Positions 15,147-29,200 of a DNA stretch of 64,000 bases are shown in pieces. The position numbers were made by a program, and so were the translations under genes. Below the pieces are notes generated by a model. It did no database searches, was not told where the DNA came from, and worked only from the letters and a program-made list of their open reading frames with translations. Source of the DNA: Eledone cirrhosa (lineage: Eukaryota); NCBI GenBank assembly GCA_964016885.1, contig OZ024741.1:307582001-307646000 (forward strand), written 5' to 3'. Numbering within the stretch: position 1 is the first letter of the stretch; every line of letters starts with the position of its first letter.

Positions 15147-15522
15147 AAGATAATAATAAATGAAAACTATATTTATAAAACCATATTTATTTTATTATAT
15201 ATATTACAAGGGCGACCAAGCCAATCTTGGTGCGCTTTCATCAGATAAAATACAAAATTTGTTTTATAAATAACGACATACCCATGGAAATCACACCTTA
15301 ACGGTCTGAAATTCGCTGGATAGTATTTTATCTCATGAAAGTGCAACAAGCTTAGCTTGGTCACCCTTGAAATATATATAATAAAATAAATATGCTTTTA
15401 TAAATATAGTTTCCATTTATTAGTATCTTGGAATATTTACTCCAGTAATTTGTTGAGTGCTCTATATCAGTTATAAACATTTATGTTTGTCGGAATTCCA
15501 ACAAATTAAATGCAACTCCTAC
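15143..15522. mobile_element. Fold-back pair of PLE-like pLTR fragments with degenerate HHRs
   Basis: 15143-15252 is the reverse complement of 15322-15432. Plus core CTCATGA..GAAATATATATA^ATAAAAT, minus core CTGATGA..GTAA. A homologue with intact core lies at 46455-46640. Confidence 0.7.
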
Positions 15523-15598
<76 letters not shown>

Positions 15599-16911
15599 AG
15601 GGAGACACAAAGCATGCTTTGTTTAGAAATGGCTAGTGAATTTGAAAATTAGGTAGTAACATGTGCTTTCGCCGTATTTGACTAAATAGAATTAGTCTGT
15701 TAGTTGAGTTTTTAAAAAACCGTCTAAATGGGAAAAAGGATGTGTATTGACGTACATCGGATACGAACCCACGTTTTCAAATTCGCTAGCCGTTTCTAAA
15801 CAAAGCCTGCTTTATGTATCCCTATTTATATATATATATATACCTGTTATGGTTACACAGCTTCTAATTGAATGTCCTATGTACGTCAATACTCATCTTT
15901 TTTTTCCACTCAGAGGGTCTTTTAAAATCCAAACTAACAGACTAATGTTATTTAGTCAAATACTACCTAATTTATATATATATATCCTTTCACCTCTCTA
16001 CGTCACCCCTCTGTTCTTATATTCCATTATCATTGGTACTTTCTTTCATCTTAATCAATGTGTCCTTAACATATGATATTCTGTTGGAATAGCCAGCTGT
16101 CTCCTCTCACTTTCATTGTCATTTTAAAATATAATTTTCATTTATTTATTTAGTTTTATTTATTTCCACATCGAGTATTAAGCAGAAAAAAAACCGCATT
16201 TATGTAAGTAACCTTATGGAGCTTTATATATACTGTCAAAGGAAGGCCTAAACGTGTGAGGAAACTTAACATATATAATCCGAAGACACAGTCATAGGCA
16301 ATACAACAGTACAATACCAAAACAATCACCACCATCATCGCCCCTAATATCACCACCGTCACTACAACAATAATAATAATTTCTAATTGAAACACAAGGC
16401 CAAGTATTTCTGTAAAGAAATACTAAAAGGCATTTCATCTTACGCACTAACGATTCTGCTAATCCACCCCCTTCAATAATGGTTTCTAATTTAAGTACAA
16501 AACTAGTCATTTATAGGCAAGGGAAAATCGATTTAATAGATCCCAATATATGACTAGTACATTATTTTATTGATCATGGGATTTTGAAAGGGAAAATTAC
16601 ACTCGGTGAGAATTGAACCAATTGAACCGAAACAATTGCCGTGAAACCTTTTGTGCCGATTCTCTATCTATTCTGTGATTCACCTACGTCTCTTACACAG
16701 GTGGAAGGTCACAATTTTTAATAAAATAACCTAACTAATTGACTCGTACTTTATTTTATGAAAGACAAATCGACTTTGGTAAGAGACGTGGCTAATTACT
16801 GGTGCTTCTCTACCTATATTCCCACCCTGCCAGCCTCTTCTGCCATTGAATCCCAATTAAATTTATTTCATTTAATTTTGTTTTTATTTTTGCTGTTGTT
16901 GCATGACTCCA

Positions 16912-17070
16912 GAGGAGGCGAATTGGCAGAATTTTTAGAACATCCGATAGAATGCTTTGTGGTATTCGTTTCGGCTCTCTGCTCTTTGAGTTCAAATCAC
17001 GTCTAGGTCAACTTTGCCTTTCATTCATACAAAGTCGATAAAGAAGTACCAGTCTAGTACTTTGGTCGAT
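16912..17070 (+). mobile_element. SINE family 1, diverged
   Basis: GAGTTCAAATCAC..AGGTCAACTTTGCCTTTCAT..GTCGATAAAGAAGTACCAG. Confidence 0.7.
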
Positions 17071-17654
17071 TCTTCCTTTATCTCTTTCTCACTTCCATTC
17101 TTTCACACTCTCTATCTCTCTATGGAAGATATCTACTGTATTCAGATTTGGAGAATCACTGTATGTCAATCCGGTGCCCTTATCACTAACTCATGGGGGA
17201 GTTGCGGGACTATACGTACGTACATATGACTCGCAATCAGAAACGATGGTAAGTTCGAGAGTTCGATTCCGAGCGGCGTGTTACCTTGGACAAGATACGT
17301 TATAACGTTATAACACTATGTCAATCACGATCGAATACACTTACAATCAAAAATGCCTCAGCCGGGACATTACCATTTTTTTTTATATATCAAAGACTAT
17401 ATTCTACATCATGGTAGTAAATTATTGGCCAGGTCATTAGAGCATAAGATAGATTCCCTGCACAATGAATTCAAATACCACCTATGCCAAAATTTCTTTT
17501 CATTCCTCCGAGGTCAAAAACTAAAGTACCAGTCTAATGCTGGAGTCAATTCTTTCTGTGTTTCTCTCTCCCCCTCTCTCTCTCTCAGAATTCGCTATGC
17601 TGTGAAAGTAACAGAGATACATCAGTCATTGTCTATAGTGTCATAATATATATG

Positions 17655-17790
17655 TTTCTTTATTTGCCACAAGGGCGCACAAGAAATGGGACATTACAAG
17701 ACTTGACAGCGGGGTTTTTACATAATAGTTGTGTAAACTTTAATATTAATAAATTAAAATAAACTATGTTGTCAGAATATATAGAAGATT
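17655..17790 (-). mobile_element. Short 3'-terminal fragment of the Tx1-like LINE (subtype of the 46984 end)
   Basis: TTTCTTTATTTGCCACAAGGGCGCACAAGAAA matches 46984-47015. Confidence 0.65.
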
Positions 17791-19139
17791 TGAAATAATT
17801 ATCTATACTGAAGTCCGAAGACCCATCCCAAGTTGATGTTCTTGTTGATTTTATAATGATCATGGTGAGGATGATGGTGATGTTGATGATGACGACGACA
17901 ACGACGATAATGGTGATGAATCACATTTTTTTATTTTTAAATCGTCTTTGTGTAATTTTGTTTGTTATGGAACTGTCAATATTGTACTTGCAGGCATGCA
18001 ATCAGATAAAGTTTCCGTTTTCCATGTTTTCCCTCAAGTTTGCAATAGTTCCGCAACAAGCCTATTATGATGATGGATCATCCGACTGTTTCGACGACGA
18101 GCATTTAATTATTCGCTGAATTGAACGTCCGATTCGTAATTCTCAGACAGAATCAGCGTGACACAATATGCAACAATCTACTCAATTTCACTCACAAGTT
18201 GTATATCGATCCGTGTCGTTATTAAATGATGCAATGAGATTGAATTCGGTACCTCATGATTGCGAGGTGAACCATTCAGCCATGCATTTATCCACATTTG
18301 ACATTCTGCTGTTGAATCTTAGATATTTCTTTTTGTTGTAGTTCGGAGTTCAAATCCTAGCGTGATCGACTTCTCATTTCATTCGGGTTTTGTTGTTGTT
18401 AATGTTGTTGTTTTTCCCCCCTGCTAAACTCTAATCGAACAGCTCTATGATCAATCGAGACCATCATCTATTTTCCGGGATATATCGAATTCCATTGTCT
18501 TGTGTGGACTTTCTTTAATTAAGACAGCAAGGTATGGTTTTGGATAGTGTATAGCTGCTAGTTTTAGAATGTCGAGTGTCTATGTAATGGCTCCTTCGCT
18601 GAGTTCAAGATCATTAGTGGTTACTGATTTGTTGTTGATCGAGCAGAGATATGACTGGATCACTAGATCCACTGATCTAGCTACATCCATTCCCTATTTA
18701 ATTGAAGATCGTATTGCGCAACTGGGCAATACGTGGGGATGTGAACACATTGGTGTTTTCCACTGACTTGGGTCCTTATCGGAAACATTGTGCTGTTGAT
18801 TAGCTTCAAGTCAAATCTGATCAAGTAGGCCTACAATCAAATACATTTCAGGCAAGATCACATCGTTTATATTTTCAATCATGTGCATGAACTCAAAGGT
18901 TTTACACATGTAATATAGTGAGTTTAAAATATCCCATGAAATAATAGATAACTCCCTCTGAGGAGGTTTAAAATTTAAAACACCCTAAGCGAGGGGAGAT
19001 AATTTCAATAAGATCAGTAAATCGAAATTTGTGGACAGTATAGACAATAGAGAGTGGAAACGATAATCTTCAATTTAAAAAAAAATATAAGATATACAAT
19101 ACAGTATACAATACTTACTCGATAGAGTGCGTAGCTCGA

Positions 19140-19512
19140 AGATCAGAGAGTCACTCCAGGTAGAGTCGCTACTTTTCCGAATTGCGAGATCATAGATCCG
19201 ATGCTATGGGCATGTAGTAAGAATGCCACAGGAAAGGATCGCTGGAAGATTTTACTGGCAAAACCAACCGGCAGGAGACCCATGGATAGATCCCGAACAA
19301 GATAGTTGGATAACGTCCATGAGCTCACCTGGTCTCAGTTGGAGACGGTTGCTTTTGACAGGACCCGCTGGAAGAAGAAGAAGAAGAAGAAGAAGAAGAA
19401 GAAGAAGAAGAAGAAGAAGAAGAAGAAGAAGAAGAAGAAGAAGAAGAAGAAGAAGAAGAAGAAGAAGAAGAAGAAGAAGAAGAAGAAGAAGAAGAAGAAG
19501 AAGAAGAAGAAG
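19140..19512 (+). mobile_element. RTE-clade LINE 3' end with (AAG)n tail
   Basis: Across frames reads RCYGHVVRMPQERIA..KPTGRRP..LETVAFDRTRW, followed directly by ~46 AAG units. Confidence 0.75.
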
Positions 19513-20713
19513 CAAGCGACGGAGAAGAAGGTATACAATACCATATTTGAATTTTTTAAAATCATTTTAGCCTGGGAAATTTGAGAGGTTTAATCTTGAG
19601 AAGATTAGACCCAAAAAGGTGAAAGTAGAGCACTTAGTTCTGCGCGGTTCATGGATTCTATGAACTCACTGCTTTTACCATCGCATTAATAACGATGATT
19701 GTTTCTAGCGAAGGCCTTAAATGTGGGTGAAGAAGTATGGTAGATGTGTGAAGGAGATCATATAATTTTGTATCGGCCCCAGTGTTTTACTTTATCTGAC
19801 CTCGACAGGATTTGACCTTTAAATTTAGAGATCCCTAATGCATCATCTCAAGATATTCTGTACGGTGCTTTGCCACATTTTCAATCAATTGAACACGTGT
19901 CATTCACCACCATCTATGATAATAATAATACTAACATCGACGAAGGGAATGACGATGATGATGAGGAAGTCGATGATGATTATGATGACGATCATGACGA
20001 TGATGACGATGATGACGATGATGGTGAGGAGGGAGAAGTATAGCACGAGGAGGAGGAGGAGGAGGAGGAGGAGGGGGGAGAACGGGAGGAGGAGGGGAGG
20101 AGGCTTGTGATAAAGCCAATGAAGCATGATCAGAATGATAGTAATGATTATGTTGAAGACGATAAAGTTAATAGTAATAATATTAATAGTTTTTATATGT
20201 AACCGTGGTAGTGGATCATAATCTAGCACTTTCGCAAGGAAAGCAAAAAAATGTAAGAGCAAAATCAACAACAGCAGCACTACCACAAGCAGCAACAACA
20301 GCAACAACAACGACACCACAACGATCGTCACTAGTAAAAACAACAAAGGCGGAAACAGAGAAAAGCAAAACAAAACAAAATGGCGTAAAACTGGAAGATA
20401 TAAATGATAAAGTATGAAAATGCTGAAGATAATTATAGGTGGTGTGGGATTGTGGGATTGAAATTGTTGCTTCAGTGATGGTTTTCCTTGACACTTGTTG
20501 AATTTATATATTTTTTCTTATGCTCTTATGTATTATAAATATATGAGTATGTGTGAAACAGAACACAACCGATAACGTGCAAGTATACTCAACTATACAA
20601 GTGTGTGCGTATATATATATACATGTATACGTACACACACACACACATACAAGCACACATACAAGCACACACAAACACACACATGTATAGACTCACCCCC
20701 ACATATATACATA

Positions 20714-20771
<58 letters not shown>

Positions 20772-20840
20772 TTTATGTAAGCAATATATAAAGATATATT
20801 TGTAAGTATATTAATTACACAAATGCATACACTATGTGTG

Positions 20841-20891
<51 letters not shown>

Positions 20892-21284
20892 GCACACACA
20901 CACACATATATATATGTATATATATATATATATGGAGAGAGGGAAAGGGAGAAAGAGATTTATAATAAAGATACAGATTGAAATATAGATCCAGTCAGTA
21001 GTATATTTTTTTGTTTGCCTTCTGTCCATTCAATATTAACACCTTAAAATATAGCCAATGGTGTTATAAGTTATTCAAGAGGACAAATCCACCATGGAAT
21101 AAAATTGAATTTCTATTTCTATTTATTTTTGTGATTATTAAATATCTGTTGCAAATTAAGAGCAGTGTGTTGTGAGATACGACTGAGTACTGAGAGAGAG
21201 GGGGGAGAGAGGGGTGGTGGTAGAAAAGATAGAGAGATAGAGAAGGGAAAATAATAGAGATAGATAGATAGAGAGAGAAAAGGA

Positions 21285-21361
<77 letters not shown>

Positions 21362-21531
21362 AAGAGATGGCTAGATAGATAGAGAGAGAATGAGAGATAG
21401 AAGTGGATAAGGAAAGAGAGGGGGACAGGGAGAGTGAAGGAGTAATAAACAAAGATATAGAGAAATTTTGACAACTACAGATATATAGAGTAGCCAATCG
21501 ATGTATGTATGTATGTATGTCTGTGTGTCCA

Positions 21532-21562
<31 letters not shown>

Positions 21563-21994
21563 ACATGTGTGTCTGTGTTTGTACATAAAAGAGTTGTCAT
21601 GCGTGCATATAATGAGAGTAGCTTTGATATAAAGTATATGTCATGCACTTTACATGTAATGTTTGTGTTTAAAACTACTTATTCAAACAGAAATGAGGAA
21701 GGAATGGAATTGAATGGACCTCCGTCGATTTTGACGATGAATATTCCAGTTGTTCGATCAAGAGAACCGCCTACACATGAAATTAATATGTAAGTGGTGA
21801 AACATCCTAAATACCCTAATACGATTAAGGTAAAGTTTCTAACACATACACACGTACAGACATCTCTATAAAGAGAAAAATAGGTTTTTCGTGACTAAAA
21901 AATATTTTTCTTTGATAGCAAGGCTACCCATATGTTTATTGTATATAAATACATAGTATATATTTATACGTTTTCATATATACCCCTATTGTGC

Positions 21995-22103
21995 TCAAGC
22001 GTCATCTTAGTGCTATTGCCATACATATAGATGGATAAATAGATATATGTATGCATGAATACTTTTATGCATAAGATATGGCTTAAATGTTGGCTATTGG
22101 CTA

Positions 22104-22157
<54 letters not shown>

Positions 22158-22270
22158 AGCGTCATCTTAGTGCTATTGCCATACATATAGATGGATAAAT
22201 AGATATATGTATGCATGAATACTTTTATGCATAAAAGATGGCTTAAATGTTGGCTATATGGCTACTGTAT
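21995..22270 (+). repeat. ~115-bp direct duplication separated by (TA)n
   Basis: TCAAGCGTCATCTTAGTGCTATTGCC..GGCTACTGTA at 21995-22110 and 22155-22270. Confidence 0.85.
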
Positions 22271-22295
22271 ATATATATATATATATATATACATA

Positions 22296-22515
22296 TAGGA
22301 AAATAGTCAGGACCCCGACGGCAGAGCTCAAGCCGTTTCGACGGCTATTTCTGGGCTACCGACGGCTATTTCTGGACGCCAGAAATAGCTGTCGAAACGG
22401 CTTGAGCTCTGCCGTCGGTGTCCTGACTATTTCCCTATTACCCGCTCTACTACCCAAAGTATCGAGTACTCTGGTGCCTTATGGTTCACCTGGTTCCTTA
22501 CCACACTTCCTTCGT

Positions 22516-22517
<2 letters not shown>
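22296..22517. mobile_element. Family H pLTR remnant: inverted partial plus forward copy
   Basis: 22296-22380 is the reverse complement of the start of 22379-22517. (TA)n flanks. Confidence 0.75.
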
Positions 22518-22549
<32 letters not shown>

Positions 22550-22592
22550 GAGAGAGAGAAGGATAGATTGATAGATAGATAGATAGATAGAT

Positions 22593-22711
<119 letters not shown>

Positions 22712-22871
22712 GGAGAGAGAGAGAGAGAGAGAGAGAGTGAGAGAGAGAGAGAGATTGATAAACTGGGAACAACAGCCGAAATTGATAATGATAAATGCCT
22801 CTAGTTACATGGTCAGCAATTTGCGGGATAATAGAATACTCAATCATATCAACCTCAGTATTCGTTTAGTA

Positions 22872-23207
22872 CAGGATTTGGCAACCGCCGGCCGGCGAAA
22901 CAATTTTGTACGACCCGCCAACAGACATAATATTTCACCTGATGTAGAGAAGCTATCCAACGACAGGCAAAAACAAGTATCTCATTAAACAATTTACCAT
23001 TTCTGCCTGTATTCTATTTATAGTAAGGAACGCCATTAAAGTAATATCACATAATATTCATTGTTCTTTAAATCCCGAGATTAAGGTAGCCTTCTGGACA
23101 GAGCAGTCTGAGGTCGAGCAAATTTATTATATTTTGATATTATGGCCCGCCGATGAGACACTGCAGAGCAATGTGGTTCGCACACCACAAAACGTTGCCG
23201 ACCCCAG
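22872..23207. mobile_element. hAT (Charlie-like) MITE
   Basis: TIRs CAGGATTTGGCAAC / GTTGCCGACCCCAG and 8-bp TSD GTTTAGTA / GTCTAGTA (7 of 8). Confidence 0.75.
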
Positions 23208-24258
23208 GTCTAGTACCTTAGCATACCGAAGCTGGATGAATGAAAGAAGACGCTACTCTCAGCCGAATTTGCACTCAGTCCGTTAAAAACCAGAACATAT
23301 ACATTATAATATGGTATTTCACCCAATTCTCTAATCAATCTCTTAATGTTCGCATTATGTCTTAAAAACATACTTTCAATTTTTGAAAGTACGTTTTTAA
23401 TTGGGTTCAGTATATAACTGGTACATATTTTATGACCTTCAGAAAGTTAAAAGGCGAAGTCTATAACGTGAAGATTTGAACTAGGACCTTAAATCAAGTA
23501 CAATTTTCAGTGTTTAGAGTCTCTAAAAATCTGAATTCAGCCCTGCCCGATTCATACGCGCCTCCGCTCCCTCCTCCCCCACTTCTTATCATCAGCGTCT
23601 TACCCTCGTCATCACCTGGCCTTACCGAGGTGTCAGCAATGTTCGTGAGGGGTCTTGATTGTTTCAGCGCCTTAGCCTCACCCTCACTTCGCATTACCGA
23701 GATGTCAGGTGATGTTCGTGATGGTACTTGGTTGTTTCAGCGCCTTACCCTCACCATTACCTAGTCAGAATCTGAAAAGGAAAATTTCATTCCACTTTTG
23801 GAGATCCTGTATATCATTGGTACTACTCAACCTCTATAGACAAAGCGGTGCAAGGAAAACAGTATCAACAATAGCAACAAGAAGAACAATAATAATGTTA
23901 ATAAAGCGGTGGGCTTAAGAAACATTTCAAAGTTTTGAAATGTGAAATGTGCGCATCTCGACGCAGATGGCCGTATTAATCGTCGCATACCATACATAAT
24001 AGTTTTAGAAAATCGTCTACGAGAAACCCAGGGGACGGAATAACGTGGACATGACAATAATATTATTGATAAAATAGTCAAAGGGTCACTGACATTAGAG
24101 GAGGTTATAGTAGAGTAAAAACAACTTCAATGTCTGACTAGTGTTCCAATAGAATATGTGAAATATAACAATAGTAGTGTTGGTGGTGGTAGTAGTGTTG
24201 GTGGTGGTAGTAGTGTTGGTGGTGGTGCTAATATGATGATATTAATATTGGTTGTGAT

Positions 24259-24440
24259 GTGGATTGGCAGTAACGCTACAGGGTCGGACATGCTTTCCAG
24301 CATAGTTACGTCCCTTTACGGTCTGAGTTCAAATCCCGCCGACGTTAACTTTGCCTTTCACCCTTACGGGGTCAATAAAATAAAGTACCAGTAATGCACT
24401 GGGATAATTGCTGGCCTCGTGCTAAAAGTAGAAACAATTA
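24259..24440 (+). mobile_element. SINE family 1
   Basis: Closely matches 3783-3970. Confidence 0.85.
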
Positions 24441-24554
24441 ATGTTGATTGTGATGATGATGATGTTGACGATGATGATAATATCGTTAGAATATGTGAAA
24501 TATAACAATGGTAGTAGTGGTGGAAGTCATGACGATGATAGTAATGGCGATTGC

Positions 24555-24587
<33 letters not shown>

Positions 24588-24747
24588 AAGGATGATAATG
24601 ATGATACCCTTAGAATATGTGAAATATAACATCGATCTTTAAGTGCGATGATTTGAGTTTAGAGCATAAAGGGACGTAACAAAATACCACAAGGCCTCTT
24701 ACCCAGCGCTCTAGTTATTTTGCCAGATTTGGTTAACAAACCAACCG

Positions 24748-26248
24748 ATGATGGTGTGGATTGTGGTGGTGGTGGTGGTGATGGTGGTGTGGATTGTGGT
24801 GGTGATGGTGGTGGTGATGGTGGTGTGGATTGTGGTGGTGGTGGTGATGGTGGTGTGGATTGTGGTGGTGATGGTGGTGGTGATGGTGGTGTGGATTGTG
24901 GTGGTGATAATGGTGGTGGTGCTGGTGGTGTGGATTGTGGTGGTGATGGTGGTGGTGGTGATGATGATGTGGATTGTGGTGGTGATGGTGGTGGTGGTGG
25001 TGCTGGTGGTGTGGATTGTGGTGATGATGGTGGTGATGGTGGTGTGGATTGTGGTGGTGATGGTGGTGGTGGTGATGATGATGTGGATTGTGGTGGTGAT
25101 GGTGGTGGTGGTGGTGATGGTGGTGTGGATTGTGGTGGTGTGGATTGTGGTGGTGATGGTGGTGGTGGTGCTGGTGGTGTGGATTGTGGTGGTGATGGTG
25201 GTGGTGGTGCTGGTGGTGTGGATTGTGGTGGTGATGGTGGTGGTGGTGATGATGGTGTGGATTGTGGTGGTGATGGTGGTGGTGGTGGTGCTGGTGGTGT
25301 GGATTGTGGTGGTGATGGTGGTGGTGGTGATGATGGTGTGGATTGTGGTGGTGATGGTGGTGGTGGTGCTGGTGGTGTGGATTGTGGTGGTGATGGTGGT
25401 GGTGCTGGTGGTATGGATTGTGGTGGTGATGGTGGTGGTGGTGATGATGGTGTGGATTGTGGTGGTGGTGGTGGTGATGGTGGTGGTGGTGTGGATTGTG
25501 GTGGTGATGGTGGTGGTGGTGATGATGGTGTGGATTGTGGTGGTGATGGTGGTGGTGGTGATGATGGTGTGGGTTGTGGTGGTGATGGTGGTGGTGGTGG
25601 TGCTGGTGGTGTGGATTGTGGTGATGATGGTGGTGGTGGTGCTGGTGGTGTGGATTGTGGTGGTGATGGTGGTGGTGGTGCTGGTGGTGTGGCTTGTGGT
25701 GGTGATGGTGGTGTGGATTGTGGTGGTGATGTTGGTGGTGGTGTGGATTGTGGTGGTGATGGTGGTGGTGGTGATGATGGTGTGGATTGTGGTGGTGATG
25801 GTGGTGGTGGTGATGGTGGTGGTGGTGATGATAGTGTGGGTTGTGGTGGTGATGGTGGTGGTGGTGGTGCTGGTGGTGTGGATTGTGGTGATGATGGTGG
25901 TGGTGGTGCTGGTGGTGTGGATTGTGGTGGTGATGGTGGTGGTGGTGCTGGTGGTGTGGATTGTGGTGGTGATGGTGGTGGTGGTGATGATGGTGTGGAT
26001 TGTGGTGGTGATGATGGTGGTGGTGCTGGTGGTGTGGATTGTGGTGGTGATGGTGGTGGTGGTGATGGTGGTGGTGGTGCTGGTGGTGTGGCTTGTGGTG
26101 GTGATGGTGGTGGTGGTGCTAGTGGTGTGGATTGTGGCGGTGATGGTGGTGGTGGTGATGATGGTGTGGATTGTGGTGGTGGTGGTGGTGATGGTGGTGT
26201 GGATTGTGGTAGTGATGGTGGTGATGGTGGTGGTGGTGGTGGTGGTGG

Positions 26249-26279
<31 letters not shown>

Positions 26280-29200
26280 GGTGTGGATTGTGGTGGTGAT
26301 GGTGGTGGTGGTGATGATGGTGTGGATTGTGGTGGTGATGGTGGTGGTGGTGCTGGTGGTGTGGATTGTGGTGGTGATGGTGGTGGTGGTGATGATGGTG
26401 TGGATTGTGGTGGTGATGGTGGTGGTGGTGCTGGTGGTGTGGATTGTGGTGGTGATGGTGGTGTGGATTGTGGTGGTGATGGTGGTGGTGGTGATGATGG
26501 TGTGGATTGTGGTGGTGATGGTGGTGGTGGTGCTGGTGGTGTGGATTGTGGTGGTGATGGTGGTGGTGGTGCTGGTGGTGTGGATTGTGGTGGTGATGGT
26601 GGTGGTGGTGATGATGGTGTGGATTGTGGTGGTGATGGTGGTGGTGGTGCTGGTGGTGTGGATTGTGGTGGTGATGGTGGTGGTGGTGCTGGTGGTGTGG
26701 ATTGTGGTGGTGATGGTGGTGGTGGTGCTGGTGGTGTGGATTGTGGTGGTGATGGTGGTGGTGGTGATGATGGTGTGGATTGTGGTGGTGATGATGGTGT
26801 GGGTTGTGGTGGTGATGGTGGTGGTGGTGGTGCTGGTGGTGTGGATTGTGGTGATGATGGTGGTGGTGGTGCTGGTGGTGTGGATTGTGGTGGTGATGGT
26901 GGTGGTGGTGATGATGGTGTGGATTGTGGTGGTGATGGTGGTGGTGGTGCTGGTGGTGTGGATTGTGGTGGTGATGGTGGTGGTGGTGATGATGGTGTGG
27001 ATTGTGGTGGTGATGGTGGTGGTGGTGCTGGTGGTGTGGATTGTGGTGGTGATGGTGGTGTGGATTGTGGTGGTGATGGTGGTGGTGGTGTGGATTGTGG
27101 TGGTGATGGTGGTGGTGGTGATGATGGTGTGGATTGTGGTGGTGATGGTGGTGGTGGTGCTGGTGGTGTGGATTGTGGTGGTGCTGGTGGTGGTGGTGAT
27201 GATGGTGTGGATTGTGGTGGTGATGGTGGTGGTGGTGCTGGTGGTGTGGATTGTGGTGGTGATGGTGGTGTGGATTGTGGTGGTGATGGTGGTGATGGTG
27301 GTGGTGGTGATGATGGTGTGGATTGTGGTGGTGATGGTGGTGGTGGTGCTGGTGGTGTGGGTTGTGGTGGTGATGGTGGTGGTGGTGCTGGTGGTATGGA
27401 TTGTGGTGGTGGTGGTGGTGGTGGTGCTGGCGGTGTGGATTGTGGTGGTGATGGTGGTGGTGGTGATGGTGGTGTGGATTGTGGTGGTGATGGTGGTGTG
27501 GATTGTGGTGGTGATGGTGGTGGTGGTGGTGCTGGTGTGGATTGTGGTGGTGATGGTGGTGGTGGTGATGGTGGTGGTGGTGATGGTGGTGTGGATTGTG
27601 CTGGTGATGGTGGTGTGGATTGTGGTGGTGATGGTGGTGGTGGTGGTGGTGGTGTGGATTGTGGTGGTGATGGTGGTGGTGGTGATGATGGTGTGGATTG
27701 TGGTGGTGATGGTGGTGGTGGTGATGGTGGTGGTGGTGATGGTGGTGGTGGTGCTGGCGGTATGGATTGTGGTGGTGGTGGTGGTGTGGATTGTGGTGGT
27801 GATGGTGGTGGTGGTGGTGCTGGTGTGGATTGTGGTGGTGATGGTGGTGTGGGTTGTGGTGGTGATGGTGGTGGTGGTGCTGGCGGTATGGATTGTGGTG
27901 GTGGTGGTGGTGTGGATTGTGGTGGTGATGGTGGTGGTGGTGGTGCTGGTGTGGATTGTGGTGGTGATGGTGGTGGTGGTGATGGTGGTGGTGGTGATGG
28001 TGGTGTGGATTGTGCTGGTGATGGTGGTGTGGATTGTGGTGGTGATGGTGGTGGTGGTGTGGATTGTGGTGGTGATGGTGGTGGTGGTGATGATGGTGTG
28101 GATTGTGGTGGTGATGGTGGTGGTGGTGATAATGGTGTGGATTGTGGTGGTGATGGTGGTGGTGGTGGTGGTGCTGGTGGTGTGGATTGTGGTGGTGATG
28201 GTGGTGGTGGTGATGATGGTGTGGATTGTGGTGGTGATAGTGGTGGTGGTGCTGGTGGTGTGGATTGTGGTGGTGATGGTGGTGGTGGTGATGATGGTGT
28301 GGATTGTGGTGGTGATGGTGGTGGTGGTGCTGGTGGTGTGGATTGTGGTGGTGATGGTGGTGGTGGTGGTGCTGGTGGTGTGGATTGTGGTGATGATGGT
28401 GGTGGTGGTGTGGATTGTGGTGGTGATGGTGGTGGTGGTGATGATGGTGTGGATTGTGGTGGTGATGGTGGTGGTGGTGCTGGTGGTGTGGATTGTGGTG
28501 GTGATGGTGGTGGTGGTGATGATGGTGTGGAATGTGGTGGTGATGGTGGTGGTGGGGCTGGTGGTGTGGATTGTGGTGGTGATGGTGGTGGTGGTGCTGG
28601 TGGTGTGGATTGTGGTGGTGATGGTGGTGGTGGTGATGATGGTGTGGATTGTGGTGGTGATGGTGGTGGTGGTGATGGTGGTGGTGGTGCTGGTGGTGTG
28701 GATTGTGGTGGTGATGGTGGTGGTGGTGATGATGGTGTGGATTGTGGTGGTGATGGTGGTGGTGGTGCTGGTGGTGTGGATTGTGGTGGTGATGGTGGTG
28801 GTGGTGCTGGTGGTGTGGATTGTGGTGGTGATGGTGGTGGTGGTGATGATGGTGTGGATTGTGGTGGTGATGGTGGTGGTGGTGCTGGTGGTGTGGATTG
28901 TGGTGGTGATGGTGGTGGTGGTGCTGGTGGTGTGGATTGTGGTGGTGATGGTGGTGGTGGTGCTGGTGGTGTGGATTGTGGTGGTGATGGTGGTGGTGGT
29001 GCTGGTGGTGTGGATTGTGGTGGTGATGGTGGTGGTGGTGATGGTGGTGTGGATTGTGGTGGTGATGGTGGTGGTGGTGATGATGGTGTGGATTGTGGTG
29101 GTGATGGTGGTGTGGATTGTGGTGGTGATGGTGGTGGTGGTGCTGGTGGTGTGGATTGTGGTGGTGATGGTGGTGGTGGTGATGGTGGTGTGGATTGTGG

